Shown one piece after another: positions 8,260 through 16,891 of a stretch of DNA of 64,000 nt. The translations under genes and the position numbers were made by a program. The DNA is from Deferribacterales bacterium (GTDB taxonomy: Bacteria > Chrysiogenota > Deferribacteres > Deferribacterales > Geovibrionaceae), in contig JBFWMA010000002.1 in the NCBI GenBank assembly GCA_050251875.1, positions 192,001-256,000 of the forward strand, read 5' to 3'. Each line of letters opens with the position of its first letter. The stretch's first letter is position 1. The notes under the pieces were generated by a model. The model had not been told where the DNA came from. It saw only the letters and a list, made by a program, of their open reading frames with translations, and did not search any database.

Positions 8260-9589
8260 GTATTCTAATAAAGTGATCAGAAAACTTACTGTAAAAATAT
8301 CAGATAAACCCGGATTTCTCGGACGCCTGACATCTGCCATCGGCAAATGCGACGGGATGATAGGCGAGATAAAAACGGCTCACCTCGGTAAGGGGTACAA
8401 GATCAGAGAGCTGGATATCTATGCCGAGGACGAAAGTGTTCTGAACAATATCCTCGCTTCTATCAAAGAGATAGACGGAATGGAAGTGATAGCCGTCACC
8501 GATATTGTAGAGGAAACACACCTGAACGGAAAGATAGAGGTAAAACCCACTGTGGAGATAAACTCCATAGACGACCTCAGAATAGTATATACACCCGGCG
8601 TGGCTTCCATCTGCCATAAAATATATCAGAACCCGGCGCTCGCCAGAAAGTTCACCACCATAGGAAACAACGTGGCGATAGTAACCAACGGCACAGCGAT
8701 ACTCGGTCTGGGAGACATAGGCGCTGTGGCGGGTATGCCTGTTATGGAGGGTAAAGGACTTCTGTTCAAGCTCCTTTCAGACATCAACGGTATCCCGGTT
8801 CTGCTGGATACCCGTGATCCCGAAGAGATCATTAACACCGTAAAACATATAGCCCCCACTTTCGGCGCTATAAAGCTGGAAGATATCAAAGCGCCCGAGT
8901 GCTTCGAGATCGAAGACAGGCTGGACAGCATGCTCGACATCCCCGTTATGCATGACGACCAGCACGGCACAGCCGTTGTGGTTCTGTCCGCTCTGATAAA
9001 CATAGCAAAATATACCTTCATCAACCTGAAAGAATCCAGCGTGGGGATCATAGGTCTCGGCGCCGCAGGAACAGGTATTATGAAACTGCTGAAAGCGTAC
9101 GGCGTTCAGACTTTCTATGGTGTGGATCTTGACGTATCCGCCATGGACAGGTTCGAGTCGCTGGGCGGCACCAGAAAAGACCTTAACGGAGTCGTTACAA
9201 ACTCCAGAATTGTTATAGCCACCACAGGCTGTCCTAACCTTATCACACCCGATATGGTTCAGCAGGGGCAGGTTATCCTCGCTCTCTCCAACCCTAACCC
9301 GGAGATTGATCCTGACCTTGCTGTGAAGAGCGGAGCCATATTCGCCGCTGACGGAAAATCAGTGAACAACGCTCTGGCTTTCCCCGGGCTGTTTAAAGGC
9401 GCTCTCGCCGCCAACGCACGCACCATCAACGACCAGATGAAGATAGCCGCCGCCAAGGCGATAGCATCATTTGCTCTGGACGGCGACCTTGTGCCTAATA
9501 TCCTTGACAGAAACGTACACTACGCTGTGGCGAAAGAAGTCGAGACCGCGGCATACCGAACAGGAGTAGCGCAGTTTATCGAAGAATAA
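8246..9589 (+). CDS. NAD(P)-dependent malic enzyme with N-terminal ACT domain
   Basis: ACT 'DKPGFLG'; 'YTPGVA', 'PVMEGK', 'LEDI', 'HDDQHGT', 'GLGAAG', 'NNALAFPG' (start ATG 8246 or 8249). Confidence 0.92.
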   Translation: MMRIEYSNKVIRKLTVKISDKPGFLGRLTSAIGKCDGMIGEIKTAHLGKGYKIRELDIYAEDESVLNNILASIKEIDGMEVIAVTDIVEETHLNGKIEVKPTVEINSIDDLRIVYTPGVASICHKIYQNPALARKFTTIGNNVAIVTNGTAILGLGDIGAVAGMPVMEGKGLLFKLLSDINGIPVLLDTRDPEEIINTVKHIAPTFGAIKLEDIKAPECFEIEDRLDSMLDIPVMHDDQHGTAVVVLSALINIAKYTFINLKESSVGIIGLGAAGTGIMKLLKAYGVQTFYGVDLDVSAMDRFESLGGTRKDLNGVVTNSRIVIATTGCPNLITPDMVQQGQVILALSNPNPEIDPDLAVKSGAIFAADGKSVNNALAFPGLFKGALAANARTINDQMKIAAAKAIASFALDGDLVPNILDRNVHYAVAKEVETAAYRTGVAQFIEE

Positions 9590-9662
9590 TTCCATATTTG
9601 TCTGTTAACATGACAATAGTATGGTATCTTATAGATATGCATCTTTAATTCGGAGGTAGTTT

Positions 9663-10652
9663 ATGAAGAAAATATTATTATTTGTTGTCACTGCTCTCTT
9701 TGTCGTTGCCATGACTCCTTTTGTTCAGGCCAGAACATTCGTAACAATAGGAACAGGCGGCGTAACAGGCGTTTATTATCCCACAGGCGGCGCCATCAGC
9801 CGCATGGTAAACAAAAAATCCAGTGAATACGGCATAAAGTCAACAGTTGAGTCAACAGGCGGTTCTGTTTATAACGTGAACGCTGTTCTCGCCGGCGATC
9901 TTGAGTTCGGCATATCTCAGTCCGACATCCAGTTTCAGGCTGTTAAAGGCTTAGACGCGTGGAAAGAGAAAGGACCTCAGAAAAAACTCCGCTCCATGTT
10001 CGCTCTGCACCCTGAAATCATCACTATCGTTGCTTCTGAAGGCAGCGGAATCAAAAATCTCGCCGATATGAAAGGCAAAAGAGTAAACATCGGTAACCCC
10101 GGTTCCGGTCAGTACGTTAACTCTGAAGATGTTTTCGCCTCTGTCGGTATGAAAGAATCCGATGTAAAAGCAGAAAAAGCGAAAGCTGTTGAAGCTCCCG
10201 CTCTGCTTCAGGATGAAAGAATAGACGCTTTCTTCTACACTGTCGGTCACCCCAACAGCAACATTAAAGAAGCCACATCAGGACGTATCAAAGTAAGACT
10301 CGTTCCTGTTGACGGAAAAGCGGCTGATTACCTTACATCAAAATTCCCTTACTATGTAAAAACATATATCAGCATCAAAGACTATCCCACAGCTCTTAAC
10401 AAAGAGAATGTTCCCGCTGTCGGCGTGAAGGCTACTCTCATCACATCTTCCGATGTGCCCGCGGATGTTGCATACGCAGTGGCAAAAGAAGTGTTCGAGA
10501 ATCTTGACGAGTTCAAAACTCTGCACCCCGCTTTCGCTTCTCTGACAAAAGAGAACATGCTCGAAGGTCTTTCAGCGCCCATCCATCCCGGCGCTCTGAA
10601 ATATTATAAAGAAGCAGGGCTTGATAAATATATCAAAGCTAACCTTAAGTAA
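9663..10652 (+). CDS. TAXI-family TRAP transporter solute-binding protein
   Basis: 'TIGTGGVTGVYYP', 'STGGSVYN', 'QSD', 'GNPGSG', 'PIHPGALKYY'. Confidence 0.93.
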   Translation: MKKILLFVVTALFVVAMTPFVQARTFVTIGTGGVTGVYYPTGGAISRMVNKKSSEYGIKSTVESTGGSVYNVNAVLAGDLEFGISQSDIQFQAVKGLDAWKEKGPQKKLRSMFALHPEIITIVASEGSGIKNLADMKGKRVNIGNPGSGQYVNSEDVFASVGMKESDVKAEKAKAVEAPALLQDERIDAFFYTVGHPNSNIKEATSGRIKVRLVPVDGKAADYLTSKFPYYVKTYISIKDYPTALNKENVPAVGVKATLITSSDVPADVAYAVAKEVFENLDEFKTLHPAFASLTKENMLEGLSAPIHPGALKYYKEAGLDKYIKANLK

Positions 10653-10668
10653 TAGCTTATAAACTGAT

Positions 10669-10701
10669 ACAGGGGACTTTTGCGAAAAGGTCCCCTGTTT
10701 T
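10669..10701 (+). terminator. Hairpin / partial terminator between TRAP SBP and permease genes
   Basis: ACAGGGGAC(C)TTT-TGCG-AAAAGGTCCCCTGT followed by TTTT. Confidence 0.7.
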
Positions 10702-10716
10702 TATTTAGGGGAAGAT

Positions 10717-12759
10717 ATGTCTAGGATACACAGATCAGCAGAAGAGATCTTACGCGAGGAAACGGGCGAGATAAGAACGCCCAGACAGTATGAAAAATAT
10801 CTGATAGGTACTATAGCGGTCTGTTGGGCGCTTTTTCAGCTTTCTCTCGCAAGTTTTCTTATTTTGGACGGAACCACAGTCAGGGCGGTTCACCTCGCCT
10901 TTGCCATGCTCATTCTTTTTCTCAGCGTACCTATGGTGAAGAGACCTCCTTCATGGATGCGTTTCATCTCCGCCACGGACAAAGTTCCTGTTATCGATTA
11001 TCTTTTTGCCATAACCGGGGCTTATGCCGCCGTGTATATCGTTCTCGATCCGGAGGCTCTGGCGTTTCGTGCGGGCGACCCGTCACGCATGGATATCATT
11101 GTGGGGCTTATGACGGTTGTTTTTCTTCTGGAAGCCACCAGACGATCCATCGGACCGGCTCTGGTGTTCATCTCTCTGGTTTTCACAGCTTACGCTTTTC
11201 TCGGTCCTTATATGCCTGATTTCATGGCGTTCAAGGGCGTTTCTCTTAATAAATATCTCAACCAGATATCACTCTCCACTGAAGGAATATACGGCATACC
11301 GCTCGGAGTGTCGGCTTCCATCGTTTACCTGTATGTTCTCTTGGGCTCTATGCTGGACAAGGCTGGAGCGGGCAAGTTTTTCATAGACATGGCTCTGTCG
11401 CTTCTGGGCAGGTTCAAGGGAGGACCGGCTAAGGCGGCGATAGTTGCCAGCGGGTTCACCGGGCTGGTGTCAGGTTCCAGTATAGCCAATATCGTTACCA
11501 CAGGTACATTCACTATCCCTCTTATGAAGAAAGTAGGCTATCCCGCCACAAAAGCGGCAGCAACAGAGGTTGCCGCCAGCACGGACGGACAGCTGATGCC
11601 TCCTGTCATGGGGGCGGCGGCTTTCATCATCGCCGAGTATGTGAACGTGCCGTATATCGAGGTAGTAAAAGCGGCGGCAATTCCCGCCTTTGTATCATAT
11701 TTCGCTCTTTTCTTTGTGGTTCACCTCGAGGCGTCCAAGCTGGGCATGAAGGGACTTGCGAAAGAGGAATGTCCTAACTTCGTGGAAACCATAAAGGGCG
11801 GCATACACTACCTGATCCCGATATTTATGCTGATATATGAACTGGTGGTTCTGCGCCATTCGCCTGAAAAAGCGGCTTTTAACGCCATTCTGCTTCTGAT
11901 AGCCATCATCGTTATCCGGGAAATCTTCTTCGTGGTTAAGAAGGGCAAGAACCCTCTGGATGCTGTTAAAAACGGTGTCGGGCTGGTGCTTCAGGGATTC
12001 ATCGGAGGATCGAGAAACATGGTCTCCGTGGCTCTCGCCACAGCTTCCGCCGGAATCATAGTCGGCGTGGTCAGCATGGGTATAGGCGGAATGATAACCC
12101 AGATTGTGGAAACACTTTCGCAGGGCAACGTTTTCCTGCTTCTGTTCATCACCGCTGTAGCCAGTCTTCTTCTGGGTATGGGGCTTCCCACCACAGCGAC
12201 ATATATCGTTATGGCATCGCTCACAGCGCCCATCATTGTGGAGCTGGGGGCTGATTACGGTCTGGTTGTGCCTCTGATGGCGGCTCACCTTTTCTGTTTT
12301 TACTTCGGTATTCTGGCGGACGACACGCCGCCTGTGGGTCTGGCATCTTACGCCGCCGCCGCTCTGGCGGATTCACCGCCCATAGCCACAGGTATTCAGG
12401 GCTTTCTGTACGATCTTCGTACCGCTGTGATACCTTTTATGTTTGTTTTCAACCCCGATCTTATTCTGGATAACATATTCAGCTGGAAGCTGGGCATCAT
12501 GATATTTGTCATGGCGTGTCTGGGGGCTTTTGCTTTCACATCAGCTATCCAGGGCTGGTTCATAGCGAAAAACAAGCTGTGGGAAGTGCCTTTTCTTCTT
12601 CTCGCCGCTTTCATACTCTATCATCCCGCCGGACTTCTGGAAATCTTCCACTATCCGCTGGATTATAAATATTACATGTATATCCCCGGCGTTCTGCTCT
12701 TCTTTGGAATATTAGGAGAACAGAAGCTAAGGATGAAATTTTCTAAAGCGGCGGTGTAA
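10717..12759 (+). CDS. TRAP transporter 4TM/12TM fused permease (TAXI type)
   Basis: 'GGPAKAA', 'SGSSIAN', 'TIPLMKK', 'PPVMGAAAF', 'GMGLPTTATY', 'TPPVGL'. Confidence 0.93.
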   Translation: MSRIHRSAEEILREETGEIRTPRQYEKYLIGTIAVCWALFQLSLASFLILDGTTVRAVHLAFAMLILFLSVPMVKRPPSWMRFISATDKVPVIDYLFAITGAYAAVYIVLDPEALAFRAGDPSRMDIIVGLMTVVFLLEATRRSIGPALVFISLVFTAYAFLGPYMPDFMAFKGVSLNKYLNQISLSTEGIYGIPLGVSASIVYLYVLLGSMLDKAGAGKFFIDMALSLLGRFKGGPAKAAIVASGFTGLVSGSSIANIVTTGTFTIPLMKKVGYPATKAAATEVAASTDGQLMPPVMGAAAFIIAEYVNVPYIEVVKAAAIPAFVSYFALFFVVHLEASKLGMKGLAKEECPNFVETIKGGIHYLIPIFMLIYELVVLRHSPEKAAFNAILLLIAIIVIREIFFVVKKGKNPLDAVKNGVGLVLQGFIGGSRNMVSVALATASAGIIVGVVSMGIGGMITQIVETLSQGNVFLLLFITAVASLLLGMGLPTTATYIVMASLTAPIIVELGADYGLVVPLMAAHLFCFYFGILADDTPPVGLASYAAAALADSPPIATGIQGFLYDLRTAVIPFMFVFNPDLILDNIFSWKLGIMIFVMACLGAFAFTSAIQGWFIAKNKLWEVPFLLLAAFILYHPAGLLEIFHYPLDYKYYMYIPGVLLFFGILGEQKLRMKFSKAAV

Positions 12760-12761
12760 AA

Positions 12762-14051
12762 ATGTCTGACCAGCTTGATAAAAATCTGAATCTGAACGTC
12801 AGAGGATTGTCTCTTTCTGCCACACTGGCTATTAATGAACTGAGCAACTCTATGATAAAGCAGGGGAAAAAGGTTTATAAGCTGGGGCTTGGGCAGTCGC
12901 CGTTCCCTGTCCCTCAGCCTGTTGTGGACGAGCTGAAAAACAACGCCTTTCAGAAGGACTATCTGCCTGTGCGGGGACTGCCTGCTCTTCAGAGCTCCAT
13001 AGCTGATTTTTACCGCAAAACACAGGGATTGCAGTTCACCCCTTCGTCCATACTGATAGGTCCCGGGTCGAAAGAGCTGATGTTCATTCTTCAGCTCGTA
13101 TATTACGGGGATCTGCTGATTCCGTCTCCCAGCTGGGTATCATACGCCCCGCAGGCGCATATCATAGGGCGTCATGTTTCGTGGATAGACACGAAAGAGG
13201 AGAACGGATGGCTTCTGACCCCCGAAGAGCTGGATGAATACTGTTCCGCCGATTCCGGAAAACCCAGAATCCTGATATTGAACTATCCTAACAACCCCAC
13301 GGGTAACACATATAACGCCGCCGAGCTCAGGGAGCTGGCGGATGTGGCGAGAAAACACAAGATACTGCTTCTCTCTGACGAGATATACGGAGAGACAAAC
13401 CACGAGGGCGACCACGTTTCCATAGCCAGATACTATCCCGAAGGAACTATCATCAGCAGCGGGCTGTCGAAATGGTGCGGGGCAGGGGGCTGGAGGCTGG
13501 GCGTTTTCGCTTTTCCGGATAAGCTCTCATGGCTGATGGACGCTATGGCTTCTGTCGCCAGCGAAACCTATACGTCAACCAGCGCTCCCATACAATACGC
13601 CGCTGTCAGGGCGTTTCATCTGGGGCTGGATATAGAAAGATATCTGGTTAACTCCAGAAAAGTGCTGAAATCGCTGGGACTGCATCTGTACAAACTGATG
13701 ACCGATGCCGGAGTGTCTTTATGCAGACCTGTGGGCGGATTCTATATGTTCCCTAATTTTGAGAAATTCAGAGCTCAACTGGCTAACAAAGGAATCACAA
13801 CGTCTATTCAGCTCTGTGAGCGTCTTCTGGCGGAAACAGGTGTGGCTGTGCTTCCGGGTGCTTCTTTCGGGCGTGATAAGAACGAGCTGACAGCCAGACT
13901 GGCTTATGTGGATTTTGACGGAGCCCGTGCTCTGGCGGCTGTGGAATCTATGCCCAAGGACTATATGCCGGACGAAAAATTCCTGAAGACATACTGCCTG
14001 AACAATGTGGAAGCTATAGAAAAAATGACAGAGTGGCTAAAAGCTCTCTAG
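12762..14051 (+). CDS. Class I/II PLP-dependent aminotransferase (aspartate aminotransferase-like)
   Basis: 'PGSKE', 'NYPNNPTG', 'SDEIY', 'SGLSKWCGAGGWRLG'. Confidence 0.9.
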   Translation: MSDQLDKNLNLNVRGLSLSATLAINELSNSMIKQGKKVYKLGLGQSPFPVPQPVVDELKNNAFQKDYLPVRGLPALQSSIADFYRKTQGLQFTPSSILIGPGSKELMFILQLVYYGDLLIPSPSWVSYAPQAHIIGRHVSWIDTKEENGWLLTPEELDEYCSADSGKPRILILNYPNNPTGNTYNAAELRELADVARKHKILLLSDEIYGETNHEGDHVSIARYYPEGTIISSGLSKWCGAGGWRLGVFAFPDKLSWLMDAMASVASETYTSTSAPIQYAAVRAFHLGLDIERYLVNSRKVLKSLGLHLYKLMTDAGVSLCRPVGGFYMFPNFEKFRAQLANKGITTSIQLCERLLAETGVAVLPGASFGRDKNELTARLAYVDFDGARALAAVESMPKDYMPDEKFLKTYCLNNVEAIEKMTEWLKAL

Positions 14052-14485
14052 ACTCTGGTTATCAGAACGCTGATGGGACAGTGCCTCAGAATTTTACCCG
14101 CTGTTGTGCCGAAGGTGAATCTTTTTAAGCCGGACTGTCCGTGTGATCCTATCACCAGAAGGTCATATTCGCCTTTCTCGGTCTCATAGAGCCCCTCTAT
14201 ATAGGGAACGCCTCTGCGGATCAGGCTTGTCCAGTCCATATCTTTCAGAACGGGTATCTCGTTCTCCATATTCGCGAACTTTTCTTCTATTTCACTGTCA
14301 ATCTTAGACTTGATAGATCGGTACTGCTCATCGGTTATATACACCTGAAACTGGCTTCGGTCGTGTGCCACATGCAGAACGGTCAGAGCGCATCCGGATG
14401 CTTTCGCCATCCACGCCGCCTGTTCCACTGCTTTTTTTGAAAAATCGCTGAAGTCGGTCATAACAAGAATGTGTTTATAGCTCAT
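14048..14485 (-). CDS. Universal stress protein (UspA family)
   Basis: 'HILVMTDFS', 'DLLVIGSHG..GL..FTFGTTA..ILRHCPISVL'. Confidence 0.92.
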   Translation of the reverse strand: MSYKHILVMTDFSDFSKKAVEQAAWMAKASGCALTVLHVAHDRSQFQVYITDEQYRSIKSKIDSEIEEKFANMENEIPVLKDMDWTSLIRRGVPYIEGLYETEKGEYDLLVIGSHGQSGLKRFTFGTTAGKILRHCPISVLITRV

Positions 14486-14545
14486 GATGTACCTCTGTTT
14501 AAGTATAGCCTGTATATGATGATTTTCAACATAAAGCGGAAGTTT

Positions 14546-14573
14546 TTGACTATTTATACCGTTATGGTATGAT
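14546..14573 (+). promoter_or_regulatory. Putative sigma70 promoter
   Basis: TTGACT-16nt-(TG)-TATGAT, extended -10. Confidence 0.55.
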
Positions 14574-14591
14574 ATTTATTGAGGTGTGAGG

Positions 14592-15041
14592 ATGAACCGT
14601 TTCAAACTAATAATCAGCGTGCTCTCTTTTTTATTATCTGTCATATGCTTCAGCGTGCCAGCGCACTCAGCGGAAAAATTTGTCGTGAAATACGATAAAG
14701 CAATAGATCTGACCAAAAATACCTCCACGGTGAACGTGGACGGATACACCGTGCGGGTGGATATGTCCGAACCAGCCGAACCGTTCAGAGAGATCGTGTT
14801 CAGAGTTTTTGTGGAGAAGGACAAGAAACCTGTGGAGCTTGCCCACGGCTATATGCAGTTCAACATGTCCATGGATATGGGGCTTTATAAGACCAAGCTG
14901 TTCAAGGCGAACACCGGATACACAGCCAAAGTTACCCTGCCGAAATGTATCTTCGGCGGTAAAAGATGGTATGCCAAGCTGGTTTTCTCCGCTGACGGCG
15001 GCGAGTTCAGCAAAGTATTTCTGTTTGATATGAAGGAATAG
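14592..15041 (+). CDS. Exported Ig-like protein, YtkA/FixH-like (possible Cu-handling protein)
   Basis: Signal peptide; 'FNMSMDMG', 'LPKC..G..RW'; adjacent to a DsbD_2-type gene (start 14586 or 14592). Confidence 0.55.
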   Translation: MNRFKLIISVLSFLLSVICFSVPAHSAEKFVVKYDKAIDLTKNTSTVNVDGYTVRVDMSEPAEPFREIVFRVFVEKDKKPVELAHGYMQFNMSMDMGLYKTKLFKANTGYTAKVTLPKCIFGGKRWYAKLVFSADGGEFSKVFLFDMKE

Positions 15042-15043
15042 AC

Positions 15044-15703
15044 TTGGAAGAGCTGACATATCTCGGATTTCTTTCTATGGGTTTTTCTGTGGGGTTCGGT
15101 CACTGTCTGGGCATGTGCCATCCGTTCGTTCTTTATATTTCCGGTCGTTTTGTAGGTGACAAAAAGGGCTACCGCCCGCTCTTTCTTCCGCATATTATGT
15201 ATAATCTCGGGCGGATAACCACTTACGCTCTTCTGGGGCTCATTGCCGGGTTTGCCGGGAACATGGTTCAGACCGTGGGAAGCCTGATGGGAATACAGAA
15301 GGCGGCGGCTGTCTTCGCCGGACTTTTTCTGATAATTTACGGTCTTTTCGCTTTCGCCGGATACAACTTCATGAACAAGCTGGAGAGTAAATTCGGCAGG
15401 CTGAATATAGCCGACAAGATAAAAAGATTACAGCCGAAAACTCCTTATATCACAGGGGTTGTGCTCGGCTTTCTTCCCTGCGGTCCGCTCTATGGGATGA
15501 TAATCGCTTCCGCTTCCACGGCGGACGCATTGCGTGGGATGGTCTCTATGGTGCTTTTCGGCACCGGGACTATGGCGGCGCTTCTTTTGGCTTCTGTTTT
15601 CGGCAATTTTCTCATGGCAAAACGTGGGCTGTTCAACATGCTTTCGCTGATAATCATGACGGCTATGGGTATCTTCTTCATCTGGTCCGGACTCAGGATG
15701 TAA
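15044..15703 (+). CDS. TauE/SafE-like DsbD_2 membrane protein (cytochrome/cbb3 biogenesis-associated)
   Basis: 'GHCLGMC', 'YNLGRITTY', 'GFLPCG', 'FGTGT'. Confidence 0.85.
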   Translation: MEELTYLGFLSMGFSVGFGHCLGMCHPFVLYISGRFVGDKKGYRPLFLPHIMYNLGRITTYALLGLIAGFAGNMVQTVGSLMGIQKAAAVFAGLFLIIYGLFAFAGYNFMNKLESKFGRLNIADKIKRLQPKTPYITGVVLGFLPCGPLYGMIIASASTADALRGMVSMVLFGTGTMAALLLASVFGNFLMAKRGLFNMLSLIIMTAMGIFFIWSGLRM

Positions 15704-16572
15704 TGAGTAAAGGAACATTTTATATATTGGGGGCGGCTGTTCTGTGGGGAACCACAGGAACTGCGCAGTATTTCGCTCCTGATAACGCCTCTTCTCTGTC
15801 TGTGGGCGCTCTCAGGCTTATTGTGGGCGGCGCTGTTCTGCTGATTACGGCTGTTTTGTCCGGCTCATTCGGCAGGGGAGGCAGGTGGAACATCCGGCAT
15901 GTTGCCGCAGGCGCTCTGGGAGTCGCTATGTATCAGGCAGCTTTCTTCACAGGCGTCAGGATGACCGGTGTCGCCATAGGCACTGTGGCGGCTATAGGGA
16001 GCGGTCCCGTATTCGCAGGTATTCTGGGGCTTATCATGCTGGGCGAGAAACCGGAGAAGAACTGGTATTTTTCCACTGCGCTCGCCGTTGCGGGGTGCTC
16101 GCTTCTTATCTTCACCGGAAGCGGTGTCAGTGTTAATCCGGCTGGCGTTTTGCTCTCTGTCTGCGCCGGATTCAGCTATGCTCTGTACGCTGTCATCAGC
16201 AAGCTCCTGCTGGTTAGGCACGAGGAGAACGCTGTGGTGGCGGTGATATTTTTTGGCGGGGCTATGCTTATTTTCCCTGTTCTGCTGTTTACTGATATTT
16301 CGTGGAGTTTTACTGCCAGAGGAGCGCTTTCGGTCGTCTATCTGGGGCTGTTTACCACCGCTCTGTCATATATTCTTTTTGCCAGAGGGCTGAAAACACT
16401 GTCCGTGGCGAAGACGGCGACACTTTCATTGTTCGAGCCTTTCACGGCATCGCTTCTTGGTATTCTGCTTCTGGGAGAGAGGATGAACACTCAGGCGTTT
16501 ATCGGGATGTTTCTGCTGTTTATTTCCGTACTTACCCTGAGCATCAGGACAAAATCAGTTTTTAATTCTTAG
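15703..16572 (+). CDS. EamA/DMT family transporter
   Basis: 'LWGTTG', about 10 TM segments, 'LFEP', 'LLGE'. Confidence 0.9.
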   Translation: MSKGTFYILGAAVLWGTTGTAQYFAPDNASSLSVGALRLIVGGAVLLITAVLSGSFGRGGRWNIRHVAAGALGVAMYQAAFFTGVRMTGVAIGTVAAIGSGPVFAGILGLIMLGEKPEKNWYFSTALAVAGCSLLIFTGSGVSVNPAGVLLSVCAGFSYALYAVISKLLLVRHEENAVVAVIFFGGAMLIFPVLLFTDISWSFTARGALSVVYLGLFTTALSYILFARGLKTLSVAKTATLSLFEPFTASLLGILLLGERMNTQAFIGMFLLFISVLTLSIRTKSVFNS

Positions 16573-16891
16573 GGAATTAAAAACTACTAGCTGCATGATG
16601 CAGCTCACGGAGCAGACGAAGTCTGTGGAGTGTGAGTGGAGCAAGCATTTACTGCGAGCGTAACGTTATCAGAAATTTTCCATGGATGGATAAATTTCTG
16701 CAAAATCAGTTTTTAATTCTTAAAGAATTAAAAACTACTAGCTGCATGATGCAGCTCACGGAGCAGACGGAGTCTGTGGAGTGTGAGTGGAGCAAGCATT
16801 TACTGCGAGCGTAACGTTATCAGAAATTTTCCATGGATGGATAAATTTCTGCAAAATCAGTTTTTAATTCTTAGGGAATTAAAGACTACTA
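16550..16891. repeat. 151-bp tandem repeat: three 40-bp palindromic direct repeats (16550-16589, 16701-16740, 16852-16891) around two near-identical 111-bp multi-hairpin units
   Basis: Direct comparison: the 111-bp units differ at 1 nt; DR2 and DR3 differ from DR1 at 2 nt and 1 nt. Confidence 0.95.

Noticed and set aside
16590..16851. Integron attC cassette array
   Set aside because: No paired RYYYAAC/GTTRRRY boxes enclosing a single long hairpin, no cassette ORFs, no IntI.
16550..16891. CRISPR array
   Set aside because: The 'spacers' are 111 bp and nearly identical, the repeats are gene ends, and there are no cas genes in the window.
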